Assembly: GCA_040326155.1 (NCBI GenBank)
Contig: JBEQLE010000060.1
Span: forward strand, 1 to 27,741
Reading direction: 5' to 3'
DNA from: Leptospirales bacterium
GTDB lineage: Bacteria; Spirochaetota; Leptospiria; Turneriellales; JAOUFE01
Length of the DNA stretch: 27,741 nt
Positions 17,201-25,806 of this stretch are shown here, piece after piece. The number at the start of each line of letters is the position of its first letter. The stretch's first letter is position 1. The translations under genes and the position numbers were made by a program. Below the pieces are notes generated by a model. That model was not told the origin of the DNA. It was given only the letters and a program-made list of their open reading frames with translations, and did no database searches.

Positions 17201-18584
17201 TATGGACGGTTACAGTATTCGCGCCCTCATCTATATCAACGGAAGGAATATAAACCCACTGCTCTCTATCTTTATGATAATACCTGGCTCGTATATTTTC
17301 GGCAGTAAAACCTTTCGCTGCCAGTAAATTCGGGTCGTACTTTAATGTTAAGCTTATGGCTTTTTTAAAAACCATATCGGGCTTCATCTCATACGCGCCC
17401 AGTAATACGCTATTTTCTCCAGACAGAGGCTTTGGTAGATTCGCTTCAACGATAGGGTTGGCTTCTATACGAACCGGTTTATCAAATGCGTTTTCATCAG
17501 CGTTTACAATTAAATTGCCGTTGTCTAAATTCAAGTTAACGGGTTTATCCGGTTCATTATACTCATCACCACTGATTCTGTTAATCGCGAAAACAGGATC
17601 GAAGTAGAACTGACCGTTTCTATCGAGAATAGATTTGTTTAAGTTCGGTCGAAGAGCAAAGTCCATGACTTTGGATTGTACAATTGGAAGTTCTTGAACT
17701 ATGATTCTTGATTTTGAGTCACCGGACTGAAAAAGAAGAGGAATGGAAACAAGATCGCCGTAAGCTGTTGCTCCTGAATTCATTTGTTGTACAGTTTCTA
17801 ATGTTACACCTGTTGGCGGTTTAAATAGAATTTTTCCTGTGTCGCCAAAGTTTATTCGAATAGCGTCGTAAAGAGCCGGTTCTAATGCGTATATGCCTAT
17901 AATACGGTTTAAATCTAACACTCCTAAATCAACCTCAGTTTCTTGTGTGGTTATTTTTATCCATCCATTTTGAGGGTGCCGCGCTTCTACAGATTTAATG
18001 TTTACAAGAACTTGTACGTCGCCCCTGGGGCCATATTTTTCTTTAAACGCTTGAATTTTATTATAAATTTCCTGGATATCTTCTATTAATTCATCATGAT
18101 CATCGTCCCCAGATTCTTCGCGATATTCGTTTGCAAATTGTTTTATTTCTATATGTAACTCGCGAATATCGTGCCATGTTCTAAAAGTATCAGCATCATG
18201 GTGATTGCTTACTGTACTAATTTTATTGACATGATCGACCTTATCCTCTTCTTTACCTGATTTTAACGAACGCTCCAGTTCGTGCATGGGTTTATTCATG
18301 GCATCGTAAATACAAGATAATTTAACAGCCCCTTCTACAGTTGAGCAAGCAGCTTCAGCGTCGCAGAGCACTTGTATGTATTCATTCTCTGTGGGGTTAC
18401 ATGCCGCATTTCCATCTTCTGTGAACAGCGGTCCTTGTAGTCGCACGCTTAGAACTCCGTTGTCGGGGTATTCTTCCAGTAACATTTGTTCCGTAATGCT
18501 TTCAATTGTAGTTTCATCTTCGCCACCACAGTTGTATGCAATCAGTATGCTAAAAACCAAAATAAGACAAGTTCGTAATTTCAT
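14280..18584 (-). CDS. 1434-aa multidomain lipoprotein: DUF4382-like, HFT-motif beta domain, BPI/LBP-like region, C-terminal DUF1566 (Lcl)
   Basis: Lipobox-like LIAYNC, TVHTNHFT at about aa 464, and LMWTKC..C..L..GFIDWRLPT..E..VRCVR (DUF1566). AGGAG RBS. The internal domain calls are by eye. Confidence 0.75.
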   Translation of the reverse strand: MKLRTCLILVFSILIAYNCGGEDETTIESITEQMLLEEYPDNGVLSVRLQGPLFTEDGNAACNPTENEYIQVLCDAEAACSTVEGAVKLSCIYDAMNKPMHELERSLKSGKEEDKVDHVNKISTVSNHHDADTFRTWHDIRELHIEIKQFANEYREESGDDDHDELIEDIQEIYNKIQAFKEKYGPRGDVQVLVNIKSVEARHPQNGWIKITTQETEVDLGVLDLNRIIGIYALEPALYDAIRINFGDTGKILFKPPTGVTLETVQQMNSGATAYGDLVSIPLLFQSGDSKSRIIVQELPIVQSKVMDFALRPNLNKSILDRNGQFYFDPVFAINRISGDEYNEPDKPVNLNLDNGNLIVNADENAFDKPVRIEANPIVEANLPKPLSGENSVLLGAYEMKPDMVFKKAISLTLKYDPNLLAAKGFTAENIRARYYHKDREQWVYIPSVDIDEGANTVTVHTNHFTIITVSGESGFTLSYPNAVAAKIQYSALNYIVEKAHAVNPVIIPAQKGSIDMKGIGFTASGDLKLYEIDSRKFKFTVAGSPDTPDILSVRARLTDFTAGHVDLKVVKGILGSAGLCILMHESINDDCAKWFPLFQPVCYTLALAARIICETTVIWAQDSADINIRDFDLTLNYKVKRDAKTGVMSIEYVDQQAGNFNVSVDHTHFNVDMLGILSPIFYIFKEQIHALIKKEINKEIKISEQIAEAIGDGEEDSLSKEIEKAINTSLADTRVEANVKLDSLGIEYSADINAYIPAPQIAAGNCNVDLGTIPDSPIQNFPLPSDSDLGMGFSLTAMNQVFLELSKRGYFCYNYEVNADTNTVLTIEPASVPEIKYLGNYLFRMRLSAQSHLASFGIPLNVETGSLDIYYRVSVNMGGNELRVNAVKIIPQFSLQNVHDAATTLFNDVNADMLERPTLYGYSLILSNPMSYANVQKSMFRINTISEINGMLVFGIDLSGLKIDYDNPAGGSEWIWTKNWRKSSSQKCKPKITGTVRIAPPGSATQFEMVLDNGDTMPLDDSPMLNIHLNARVTLGGYCLIDPVSQSKKYFANNIVNDQFYVGVNGYPLPKKNYAAQVINEFATTVGLFPINIKGDATPEILQVQLLADGKFQLDWLLSNTLTGPNTVTRDTMSLPSAEFDPPIPTVPGVTPPKPEGLYRVEVIQSASGNDQVVLNCYVYNITVDSTDQVHLNLVNRICQDPYAGMLVDDASSLMWTKCNLGQHMYDPDCAGTPRAYSNLTDTKNDCANLSLSGFIDWRLPTKPEFETVQPQDSAEPFFSDPLGDYWYDYGSLDKRTVAVGIRWHKARGCGSKYSFCWGWYRWGYVDYGHLLNFQESSTEPLITDHIISGILGYNRIWGVSPDFDKDDHRLTGGHSRNKPSWYNNPPSPPLPPNSLKYWFSYDGVSNSVVVGDIHSRMLGVADTKVRCVRDIQ

Positions 18585-18600
18585 ATATTTCTCCTAACGG

Positions 18601-18629
18601 ACAATATAATATTGTCTTCATTTTGTCAA
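18601..18629 (-). promoter_or_regulatory. sigma70-type promoter of the large lipoprotein gene
   Basis: TTGACA-N17-TATTGT. The palindrome ACAATA-TAA-TATTGT (18601-18615) overlaps the -10 element. Confidence 0.6.
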
Positions 18630-18781
18630 TGAATATATAATTTTTGTAAGGTTATGTGCAATACTTTGCAGGGATCGAGGTCAGTTGTCGGAACAATGCC
18701 ACTACCTTCCTCATTTTCTTATAAAACTTTTCTCTTTCTTCTTTAGTAAGTAAAACTTAAAAGGAAAACAAGTCTGTATTA

Positions 18782-18858
18782 CGGTAGCATTCCGAACTAC
18801 GTACAAATGGAGTTAAATTCCTTTACGACAGGGGAGTCGCCGGGACGTCGTCTGCCAT
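18782..18858 (+). repeat. 77-nt dispersed element, copy B
   Basis: Aligns without gaps to copies A and C. Overlaps the last 11 codons and the stop of trmB. Confidence 0.85.
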
Positions 18859-19551
18859 ATGTTTCTTATTGCTTCTTTTTAAACAGGCAAAATAGACGTT
18901 TTCTCCTTCTTCCTTTTTTATGCGCTGGAAGAAAGAGACGGGCCTGTCGGGTATGGAGCGGCGAACGGTAAGCGGTGAAAATGTATTTTCCCAATAACCG
19001 GAATTTTCGAGCAAAGTCAAACCCGATTCCATGTAGGGCCAATAGTCAGTTCCATACTGGAGCAGGGCGCCTGGTTTTGATATTTTTGAAAGCTCTGCAA
19101 CCATATCCGGTTTTAGAAAACGATGTTTGTGGTGTTTGGCTTTGGGCCACGGGTCGGGAAAATTGATTATGATGCTGTCAAATTGCTCGGCAGAAAAAAT
19201 TCCTTCGAAGTACCAGCTGATATCGATAATCATCCATCGGACGTTCTCAATTTCTTTTTTGATCTGGTTTTTAACCGATCGTAAAATTCTCGGCTTTTTC
19301 TTTTCCAGAGCAATCGTTAAAACCTCAGAGTTTTTTTGCGCATTCGCCAAGGTGAATTCTCCCCAGCCGCTACCAATTTCGAGTGAAAATTCTTTATAAT
19401 TATTATAATATTCGTTTAAAGCAAGGGGAAATTTAGAAGTATCAAACGGGATTATCTTGTTTTTAAAAAGATCATTCGATATTTCACTTTGTTTTTCAAG
19501 TATTCCGGTAAGTTTATCGAAAAGTTGGGGTCGATCGAAAACTAAGCTCAT
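18823..19551 (-). CDS. trmB: tRNA (guanine-N7)-methyltransferase
   Basis: LEIGSGWG, NFPDPWPKAKHHKHR and TD motifs. Start placed at 19551, abutting the upstream stop. Confidence 0.9.
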   Translation of the reverse strand: MSLVFDRPQLFDKLTGILEKQSEISNDLFKNKIIPFDTSKFPLALNEYYNNYKEFSLEIGSGWGEFTLANAQKNSEVLTIALEKKKPRILRSVKNQIKKEIENVRWMIIDISWYFEGIFSAEQFDSIIINFPDPWPKAKHHKHRFLKPDMVAELSKISKPGALLQYGTDYWPYMESGLTLLENSGYWENTFSPLTVRRSIPDRPVSFFQRIKKEEGENVYFACLKRSNKKHMADDVPATPLS

Positions 19552-19552
19552 A

Positions 19553-20128
19553 CTATAATTTATATTTGTAAATGTAGGTTGAAATAACAAGAGTCCCTTT
19601 CGGGGCAGCTGGAAGATGGGGGGTAATAAATCCATCGTGGCTATAATATAAAATTTCGAGAATATCTGATATTTTATGGATCATTTTAAGGCCTTTGCCG
19701 AAGCGAAAATGACGGTGAAGTTTTCCTGATTTTTTAATATGGGTGGTTCTTTGTACTCTTCTTAACTGGTCATGCGGGTCTTTAATACTGTCGTTTATGG
19801 CAGCGTATTCTTTAATTTTTTCCTTGTCCATTCCGCATCCACAGTCTAATACTATAATAGTCGCTTTGCTTTTTTCGATTAAAGAATGAAAAATAACCTG
19901 TCCTTTCGAGTTTCTCTCGGCTGTAGCAAATAGAGCGTTTGATAAAATTTCTTCACAAAGTATTTGTACTTGAACGCGGTCGTCTTCAGACACGTTTTCT
20001 TTCAACATACATTGTTCCACATGATCAATGACAATAGGCAATAAGTCCAGGTCAGGGCGCATTACTGCAATATAATGACATGAAGCTTTGCCATTTTTTT
20101 GTGTAAAATCGATAAATTCCTTTTTCAT
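19553..20128 (-). CDS. HATPase_c anti-sigma-factor-like (RsbW-type) ATP-binding protein
   Basis: N box EEILSNA, G1 DCGCG, G2 GKGL..I. Confidence 0.7.
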   Translation of the reverse strand: MKKEFIDFTQKNGKASCHYIAVMRPDLDLLPIVIDHVEQCMLKENVSEDDRVQVQILCEEILSNALFATAERNSKGQVIFHSLIEKSKATIIVLDCGCGMDKEKIKEYAAINDSIKDPHDQLRRVQRTTHIKKSGKLHRHFRFGKGLKMIHKISDILEILYYSHDGFITPHLPAAPKGTLVISTYIYKYKL

Positions 20129-20167
20129 AAAACGCGCTTTAGCGTTCTAGTGCGAACTCACACTGAG

Positions 20168-21706
20168 TCAATTCCTATTTATTGTATCCAGACGATTAAT
20201 TACCCGCTTTTTGCCTAAAAGCAGAATATATACAGGTAGTTCCAGGCCAGCTGTTTTTCCAGTAATTGCCGAGCGTAAAGTCATAAACAGTTGTTTGCCT
20301 TTCACGTTTACGGCTTTACCCGATTCATTAATACAATTTTTTACACTATCTTCGCTTAATTCTTCCAGGTTCTCTAAATTCTTATGAAATATTTCAATTA
20401 GTTTTGGAGTTTCTTCTTTACTAAGCCATTCTTCAGCAGCAGCTTGAATGTCAAGTTGGTCATCATAGAAATCTCCAATATGATGACGAATCTGGTTAAA
20501 ATAGTCCAGATAAACACGAAGTGAGAGTAAAATAGATTTTAAATTTTCATTATCGCTATTTATTTCACTTTCGGGAATTTTTTTAACCTGCTTAATTCTT
20601 GGTAATATAGCTTCAATGTAATCTTCCGGGCTCATGTCACGAATATGTAGATTCCCTAGCCAGTTTAGTTTTGACTTTGGAAAAAGGTACTGTTCTAACT
20701 CATTTACAGGAACGTCGTTTAACTCTACGTCCACAGCTTTTTTTAGATCGAAAACATCGAACATGGCCGGGCTTTTACTGCATCTTGCCACATCGAATTG
20801 TTCAATAATTTTTGAAACTGGCATAAATTCATTACCATCTGGAGCAGACCACCCTAGAAGGGCCATATAATTTACAAATGCATGTGAAGGGTAGCCAAGA
20901 TCTCTAAAGGCTGTAATTGCAGTGGCGCCATGTCTTTTTGACAGTTTTTTATGGTCACTTCCAACAATTTCGCTAACGTGGGCCCAGTTGGGTTCTTCCC
21001 ATTCCAGGGCCTGGTATATAACAATCTGGCGAGGGGTATTCGAAAGGTGGCCGACTCCGCGAATAATATGATTAATTTTCATGAGGTAGTCATCTACAAC
21101 CACGGCAAAGTTATAAGAAGGAAATTTATCCGATTTAACAATAATAAAATCGCCAATTAAAGAGGCGTCAAACCGAACGTCGCCCTGGACCATATCTTTA
21201 ACCAGAATCTCTTTATTGGGAGTTCGAAAACGGACAACATATGGAATTTTCTCATCCATTTTTTCTTGAAGCTCTTTTTCATTGAGGTTGGCGCATTTAC
21301 CATCATAGACCGGCGGTAACCCGATGGCTTCGCGTTTTTTCTTTTTATTTTCGAGCTCTTCACTGCTGCAAAAACAGTAATATGCTTTCTTCTTTTGAAC
21401 CAGTTCTTCTGATTTTTCTCGATAGATGTCAAGTCGTTCAGATTGGCGGTAACTTCCGTAAGGACCACCCATTTCCGGACCTTCGTCCCAGGTAAGTCCC
21501 AACCAACGCATGCTTTCGAGCATCTGGTGATAACTCTCTTCAGTAGAACGCGCCTGGTCGGTATCTTCTATTCTTAATATAAATTGGCCGCCTTTGGCCC
21601 GAGCATAAAGGTAATTAAACAGGGCAGTGCGCGCTCCTCCAACATGAAGGTATCCCGTAGGTGAGGGGGCAAATCGAGTACGTACTAAACCGGGCTTTGT
21701 ATCCAT
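20168..21706 (-). CDS. gltX: Glutamate--tRNA ligase
   Basis: RFAPSPTGYLHVGG, LRIEDTD, KLSKR and an anticodon-binding C-terminal domain. Confidence 0.97.
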   Translation of the reverse strand: MDTKPGLVRTRFAPSPTGYLHVGGARTALFNYLYARAKGGQFILRIEDTDQARSTEESYHQMLESMRWLGLTWDEGPEMGGPYGSYRQSERLDIYREKSEELVQKKKAYYCFCSSEELENKKKKREAIGLPPVYDGKCANLNEKELQEKMDEKIPYVVRFRTPNKEILVKDMVQGDVRFDASLIGDFIIVKSDKFPSYNFAVVVDDYLMKINHIIRGVGHLSNTPRQIVIYQALEWEEPNWAHVSEIVGSDHKKLSKRHGATAITAFRDLGYPSHAFVNYMALLGWSAPDGNEFMPVSKIIEQFDVARCSKSPAMFDVFDLKKAVDVELNDVPVNELEQYLFPKSKLNWLGNLHIRDMSPEDYIEAILPRIKQVKKIPESEINSDNENLKSILLSLRVYLDYFNQIRHHIGDFYDDQLDIQAAAEEWLSKEETPKLIEIFHKNLENLEELSEDSVKNCINESGKAVNVKGKQLFMTLRSAITGKTAGLELPVYILLLGKKRVINRLDTINRN

Positions 21707-21741
21707 ACATCCAATACGAGTTTTTGAGATGCAGCGTCAAA

Positions 21742-22350
21742 TCAGTTAGCTTGATCATGGGCAAATCGAAAGGCTTTTTCAATATCCCCTAAAAAAACAG
21801 TCCAGAGCTTTCCACTTTGCCCGCCGTTTCGCAATACATAACTTGGATGGAAAACAGGCATAAGCGAGGTTTCCATAAAAGGAAGTATTTCGCCTCGTAC
21901 TTTAGTAATGGCAATTCGTTTTTCAAGCAGAGTTTTTGTGGAACTAGCCCCCAAAGTAATAATCAAGGCTGGTTTAATAATTTCCATTTGTTGAACCAAG
22001 ATAGGACGGCACTGGGTTACTTCTTCAGGTTCGGGAGGACGGTCTTTCTCCATTTTATAATCTACCGTTGGTCGGCATTTTACGATATTTGTAATATATG
22101 CGGCGTTCTCACGTGGTTTTTGAAAGACTTTTTCAATTGCAATTGTTAAAAGTTTTCCAGAGCGACCTATAAAGGGTTTTCCTTGTTTATCTTCTTCTTT
22201 ACCAGGTCCTTCCCCAATAAATAAAATGGAACTTTCCGGGTTTCCTTCCCCGAAAACAAATTGATTTCGTGTATTGCCAAGAAGGCAATTTTGGCAATCT
22301 GAAATTTTTTCGCATAGCGTTTTGAGTTTTTCAGTTTTATTGAAATCCAT
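21742..22350 (-). CDS. Uracil-DNA glycosylase, family 4 (Fe-S)
   Basis: CQNC, GEGPG.EED, TNIVKCRP and HPSY. Confidence 0.93.
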   Translation of the reverse strand: MDFNKTEKLKTLCEKISDCQNCLLGNTRNQFVFGEGNPESSILFIGEGPGKEEDKQGKPFIGRSGKLLTIAIEKVFQKPRENAAYITNIVKCRPTVDYKMEKDRPPEPEEVTQCRPILVQQMEIIKPALIITLGASSTKTLLEKRIAITKVRGEILPFMETSLMPVFHPSYVLRNGGQSGKLWTVFLGDIEKAFRFAHDQAN

Positions 22351-23081
22351 TATTCTTCTAAGAACTTAACCTGTGTAAAATCAATCGACACATATTCTTC
22401 AGATTTGGAATTTGTAACTTTTATGGATTTAGGAAAATGGTATGCTTTTGGGTTTTTTAATTTACCTGTAAACGTAATATAGGTAATAGCCCCGGTGTAG
22501 AAATCTTTATACTCCAATTTGTCTACCGCATTTTGCGTTATATGAGTCCTTAAATGGTAGGTATCTCCAACATAATCGATGAATCCTTTTTCTGTGTCAA
22601 TGGCGGTATTTTTCAGATAAATAACTTCTGGAATCGAACCATACATAAACGGTACTAAAAACTTAAAGGGAAAATACGCACCAAAAAGTTCGACAAGGTA
22701 AAAATCTTCCAGGGGAACGGTTTCAGAGCGTCTTTTCATGTGGTTAAAAGTTTTAACTTCCGCACCATTAATATCAAGCGAGTAAATTAAAGAGGAAAAT
22801 ACTGCGTCATAAAGCTTTATAGAAATAATGCGATCTTCATTATCAAACCCGGTTTTCAGCTTTCCAATTAAATAGACTTTTTTGCCTTTTTGAAAAGCGC
22901 GCAATTTAAAGGAAGCTGTAAGGGCCTGATGAGAAGGGTAAGTCAAGCGCAAATTTTCTATAAGCTCCGTTTCATCTGTCGATTTGACAACTTTGGGAGT
23001 GTTGGTATCGGTTGTTTGAGTTGCGGCGCAAAATTGAACTGAAATACATACAAAAAGCAATAGAAACGTTTTATACATCAA
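22350..23081 (-). CDS. Hypothetical lipoprotein (possible LolB/DUF4292-like fold)
   Basis: Signal peptide ending in a Cys, beta-rich, translationally coupled to both neighbours. Confidence 0.55.
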   Translation of the reverse strand: MMYKTFLLLFVCISVQFCAATQTTDTNTPKVVKSTDETELIENLRLTYPSHQALTASFKLRAFQKGKKVYLIGKLKTGFDNEDRIISIKLYDAVFSSLIYSLDINGAEVKTFNHMKRRSETVPLEDFYLVELFGAYFPFKFLVPFMYGSIPEVIYLKNTAIDTEKGFIDYVGDTYHLRTHITQNAVDKLEYKDFYTGAITYITFTGKLKNPKAYHFPKSIKVTNSKSEEYVSIDFTQVKFLEE

Positions 23082-25277
23082 TTAGTTGCCCTTTTTATTA
23101 TACATCGATTTAATTTTGTTAATTCTTTCTTTAAGGTAAACTTCGTCCAATGGCTCTGAAGAAGCATCTATGGTATCGAGTGTTTGTTGATAATAGATTT
23201 TCGCCATAGGATAGTTTTCAAGCATATAATAAGTTTCAGCTATATGGAAGCTAATTACGGAGTCGTCAAAATCTCGATCATCGGCTAATGATTTGGCGAA
23301 CAACAGGTGTCCAAGTGCTTCTTCGTATTTTTTCATTTGGAATAGAATCCACCCCAGGGTATCTAAAAAAGCTTCATTGACCGGATCTTCCTCCAGAGCT
23401 GTTTTAACATATTTATATGCCTGATCGAGTTTTACATTGTGCTGAGAATAGGTATAACCCAGAAAATTCAAATATCCGGGGTTGAACGGGTCCATCTCGA
23501 TGGCTTTTAAAAGATATTTTTCGGTTTCTTCAAATTTTCCCAGTTTCTCCGATACCACTCCTAAATGAAAATAGATAACAGACGGAGCCGTATTATTTTT
23601 AGACGCTACGATAAAAGCCTTTTGAGCTTCCAGCAGATATTGTTCCGATTTTTCATAACCGGCTTTGTTATTGTTGTTTTTATCCGCTTCGTTATGGTAA
23701 AGTATTCCTAGAAAATAGTAAGCGCGCGCATCTTCCGGGTCAATCTCTTTGGCTTTAAGTAAGAGTTTTTCAGAATCAAATTGACTCTCTTTATAGTCAT
23801 ATACCGTTAACCACCCACAGGCAATCAACAGGGCGCTTTTTCTATATTTTAGATCGTCTATTTTTTTTAGATACGAAGGCTCATCAATTTTATCTGTGTT
23901 TTTCGCTGCTTCTAGCCACGATTCCAGTTTACCAATATACTTAAGCGCTTGTAAATAGTAAGACAGCGCCGCCTTTGGTCGCCGTACCATTTCGTTTGTG
24001 GAACCGTGGTAGGTATAAAATTCAATGTAATGGTATGCCAGATCATTTGCTTCTTTAGAATAATTTTCTTCATTTACGGTCGCATAAAAAAACTTTTGTT
24101 TAAAGTTCGTTTGACTCGATTCATGGTCTAAAAGTTTATTCAAGGTTGAGGCGAATTTGATCGCCAATGGGTAGGCCTGAATTTGCTGAGCAAAATACAA
24201 TGACATAAAAGCGGCTTGTTTTTTTTCTTTCAGGTTTGTCATCGGAGTAGATCGTAACAGCCCAACTTGCAAACTGAGCTTGTTTTTATTCTTACGCGTA
24301 GCCCGTTTAAATAGAGCTAACGCTTTTTCGTTATTGCCTTTAGCCTGTTCACCAATAGCTCGATATAAAGTATCCATTCGATTTGTAGAATTTTTATATA
24401 GCGAAAAATAATAGTTGGTTTTAACACTATTTAAAATAAATAAGGTATCTACCAGAGAGTGTAGAAGCTGAATGTTATTCGGCTGAATTTTAACCAAAGG
24501 TTCATGAATTTCCGCAGCCTCAGCATAACGTCCATTTGCTTTATAGAGTTGACCCAGAATAAAAGCCGCCTTAAAATCACGCGGGTTCATCTGGTGAATT
24601 TCCTTATAATAATGAAGAGCATCTGCATACTCTTTTCGTTGGTTATGATATATCGCCAGTCGGATAAAAGATTTATATAAAAGAGGATTAAACCCTCCGC
24701 GGCCTTTTAAAGCGCCGGAAAGTTTGCGATAGTATATCATCTCTTTTCTAGTATCATTCAACTGGTTATACACTTGCACCAGTATATATAAAGTACTGAT
24801 ATCTCCCGGTGAAAGTTCATGCAGTTGCTCTAGAGTCTGGACCCCTTTTTGTGTTTGATCATCCGAAAGATAGGCCCTTCCAAGATAGTACAGAGTCTCT
24901 TCGCTTTTTGGAGCTACCTTTGCGGCTCTCTCCAGATACTCAATCGCATCATCAAGATAGTCGCGTTCCAGAGCCATTTTTCCAAGAAATCTCAAAGGAA
25001 CCTCTTGGTCCCCTTTAATTTCAATATATTTCTTAAAATACTCAATCGCCCGAACATAATCATCTGCGAAGTAGTAGTAAAACGCCATATCGAGTATGTA
25101 ACCCGGTTGTTCAATACCGATACGCGAGGGTTGCGATTGCCCCTGCGTGGGTAGTGAAACAAATAAACAAGTTATAATTAACAGGGATGCTGAAATAGTT
25201 TTGAATATCTTGCTATTTTTTCTTTTTATATCTGTTTGAGGTTGAGTGTTCATGTTTTTTTTAAATTGCATTTTCAT
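23082..25277 (-). CDS. Exported tetratricopeptide-repeat protein
   Basis: Signal-like segment, many TPR units, C-terminal LNFLGY...FLDTLGW motif. Start uncertain (25277, 25271 or 25253). Confidence 0.85.
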   Translation of the reverse strand: MKMQFKKNMNTQPQTDIKRKNSKIFKTISASLLIITCLFVSLPTQGQSQPSRIGIEQPGYILDMAFYYYFADDYVRAIEYFKKYIEIKGDQEVPLRFLGKMALERDYLDDAIEYLERAAKVAPKSEETLYYLGRAYLSDDQTQKGVQTLEQLHELSPGDISTLYILVQVYNQLNDTRKEMIYYRKLSGALKGRGGFNPLLYKSFIRLAIYHNQRKEYADALHYYKEIHQMNPRDFKAAFILGQLYKANGRYAEAAEIHEPLVKIQPNNIQLLHSLVDTLFILNSVKTNYYFSLYKNSTNRMDTLYRAIGEQAKGNNEKALALFKRATRKNKNKLSLQVGLLRSTPMTNLKEKKQAAFMSLYFAQQIQAYPLAIKFASTLNKLLDHESSQTNFKQKFFYATVNEENYSKEANDLAYHYIEFYTYHGSTNEMVRRPKAALSYYLQALKYIGKLESWLEAAKNTDKIDEPSYLKKIDDLKYRKSALLIACGWLTVYDYKESQFDSEKLLLKAKEIDPEDARAYYFLGILYHNEADKNNNNKAGYEKSEQYLLEAQKAFIVASKNNTAPSVIYFHLGVVSEKLGKFEETEKYLLKAIEMDPFNPGYLNFLGYTYSQHNVKLDQAYKYVKTALEEDPVNEAFLDTLGWILFQMKKYEEALGHLLFAKSLADDRDFDDSVISFHIAETYYMLENYPMAKIYYQQTLDTIDASSEPLDEVYLKERINKIKSMYNKKGN

Positions 25278-25448
25278 TATTCAAGTCCGATGTTAGAGGT
25301 TTGTATTAGAGTTTCGGCCTGACAAGCAAAAAATAAAAACGATTTAGTTGATTATTCCCAACAAATATGATTAATTTGTAATGAAAAAGTATTGACCTAT
25401 CCCCTTTGTTCTGTAACCTTATCGTAGGATGAATTGCGGAGGATTTTA

Positions 25449-25787
25449 ATGAACGTTCCAATTACTAAAGTTCAGGTTTATGCAAGAGACGATGGTCAAA
25501 ATACTCTTGGTTATGCACATATTACTTTAGGTGATACATATGTAGTTAAAAATCTTCGTATTGTAAAAGGCCGAAAAGGTGTTTTTGTTGGTATGCCATC
25601 GAACAAAACCAGACGGGGAGATTATATCGATGTTTTTTTCCCCATCACGCAAGAAGCCAGAATTTACCTGACACAAGAGGTGATTAAAGCTTTTGAAGAA
25701 GAGTTCCCTGAACTATTGAAAGGGTTAAATGTATATGGCGTCGATAATGATGACGTACAGGCGCAGACAACGGAAGAAGCGCAATAA
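25449..25787 (+). CDS. spoVG: SpoVG family nucleic-acid-binding protein
   Basis: ITKVQV, NLRIVKGRKGVFVGMPS and DVFFPIT..R. GGAGG precedes ATG 25449. Confidence 0.9.
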   Translation: MNVPITKVQVYARDDGQNTLGYAHITLGDTYVVKNLRIVKGRKGVFVGMPSNKTRRGDYIDVFFPITQEARIYLTQEVIKAFEEEFPELLKGLNVYGVDNDDVQAQTTEEAQ

Positions 25788-25806
25788 TCGCAGGTATTAA
25801 CGTAAA

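Noticed and set aside
18657..18672. Possible sigma54 promoter upstream of the large lipoprotein gene
   Set aside because: Reads CCTGCAAAGTATTGCA on the minus strand and lacks the -24 GG. A good sigma70 promoter is present instead.
18782..18858. 77-nt element as an integron attC, CRISPR repeat, TIGR array or tRNA remnant
   Set aside because: No conserved RYYYAAC/GTTRRRY pair. Copies are dispersed in mixed orientation rather than arrayed. No integrase, cas or tas gene in the window, and no cloverleaf. A REP-like reading (GTAG plus TTCGG..CCG) is only partly supported.
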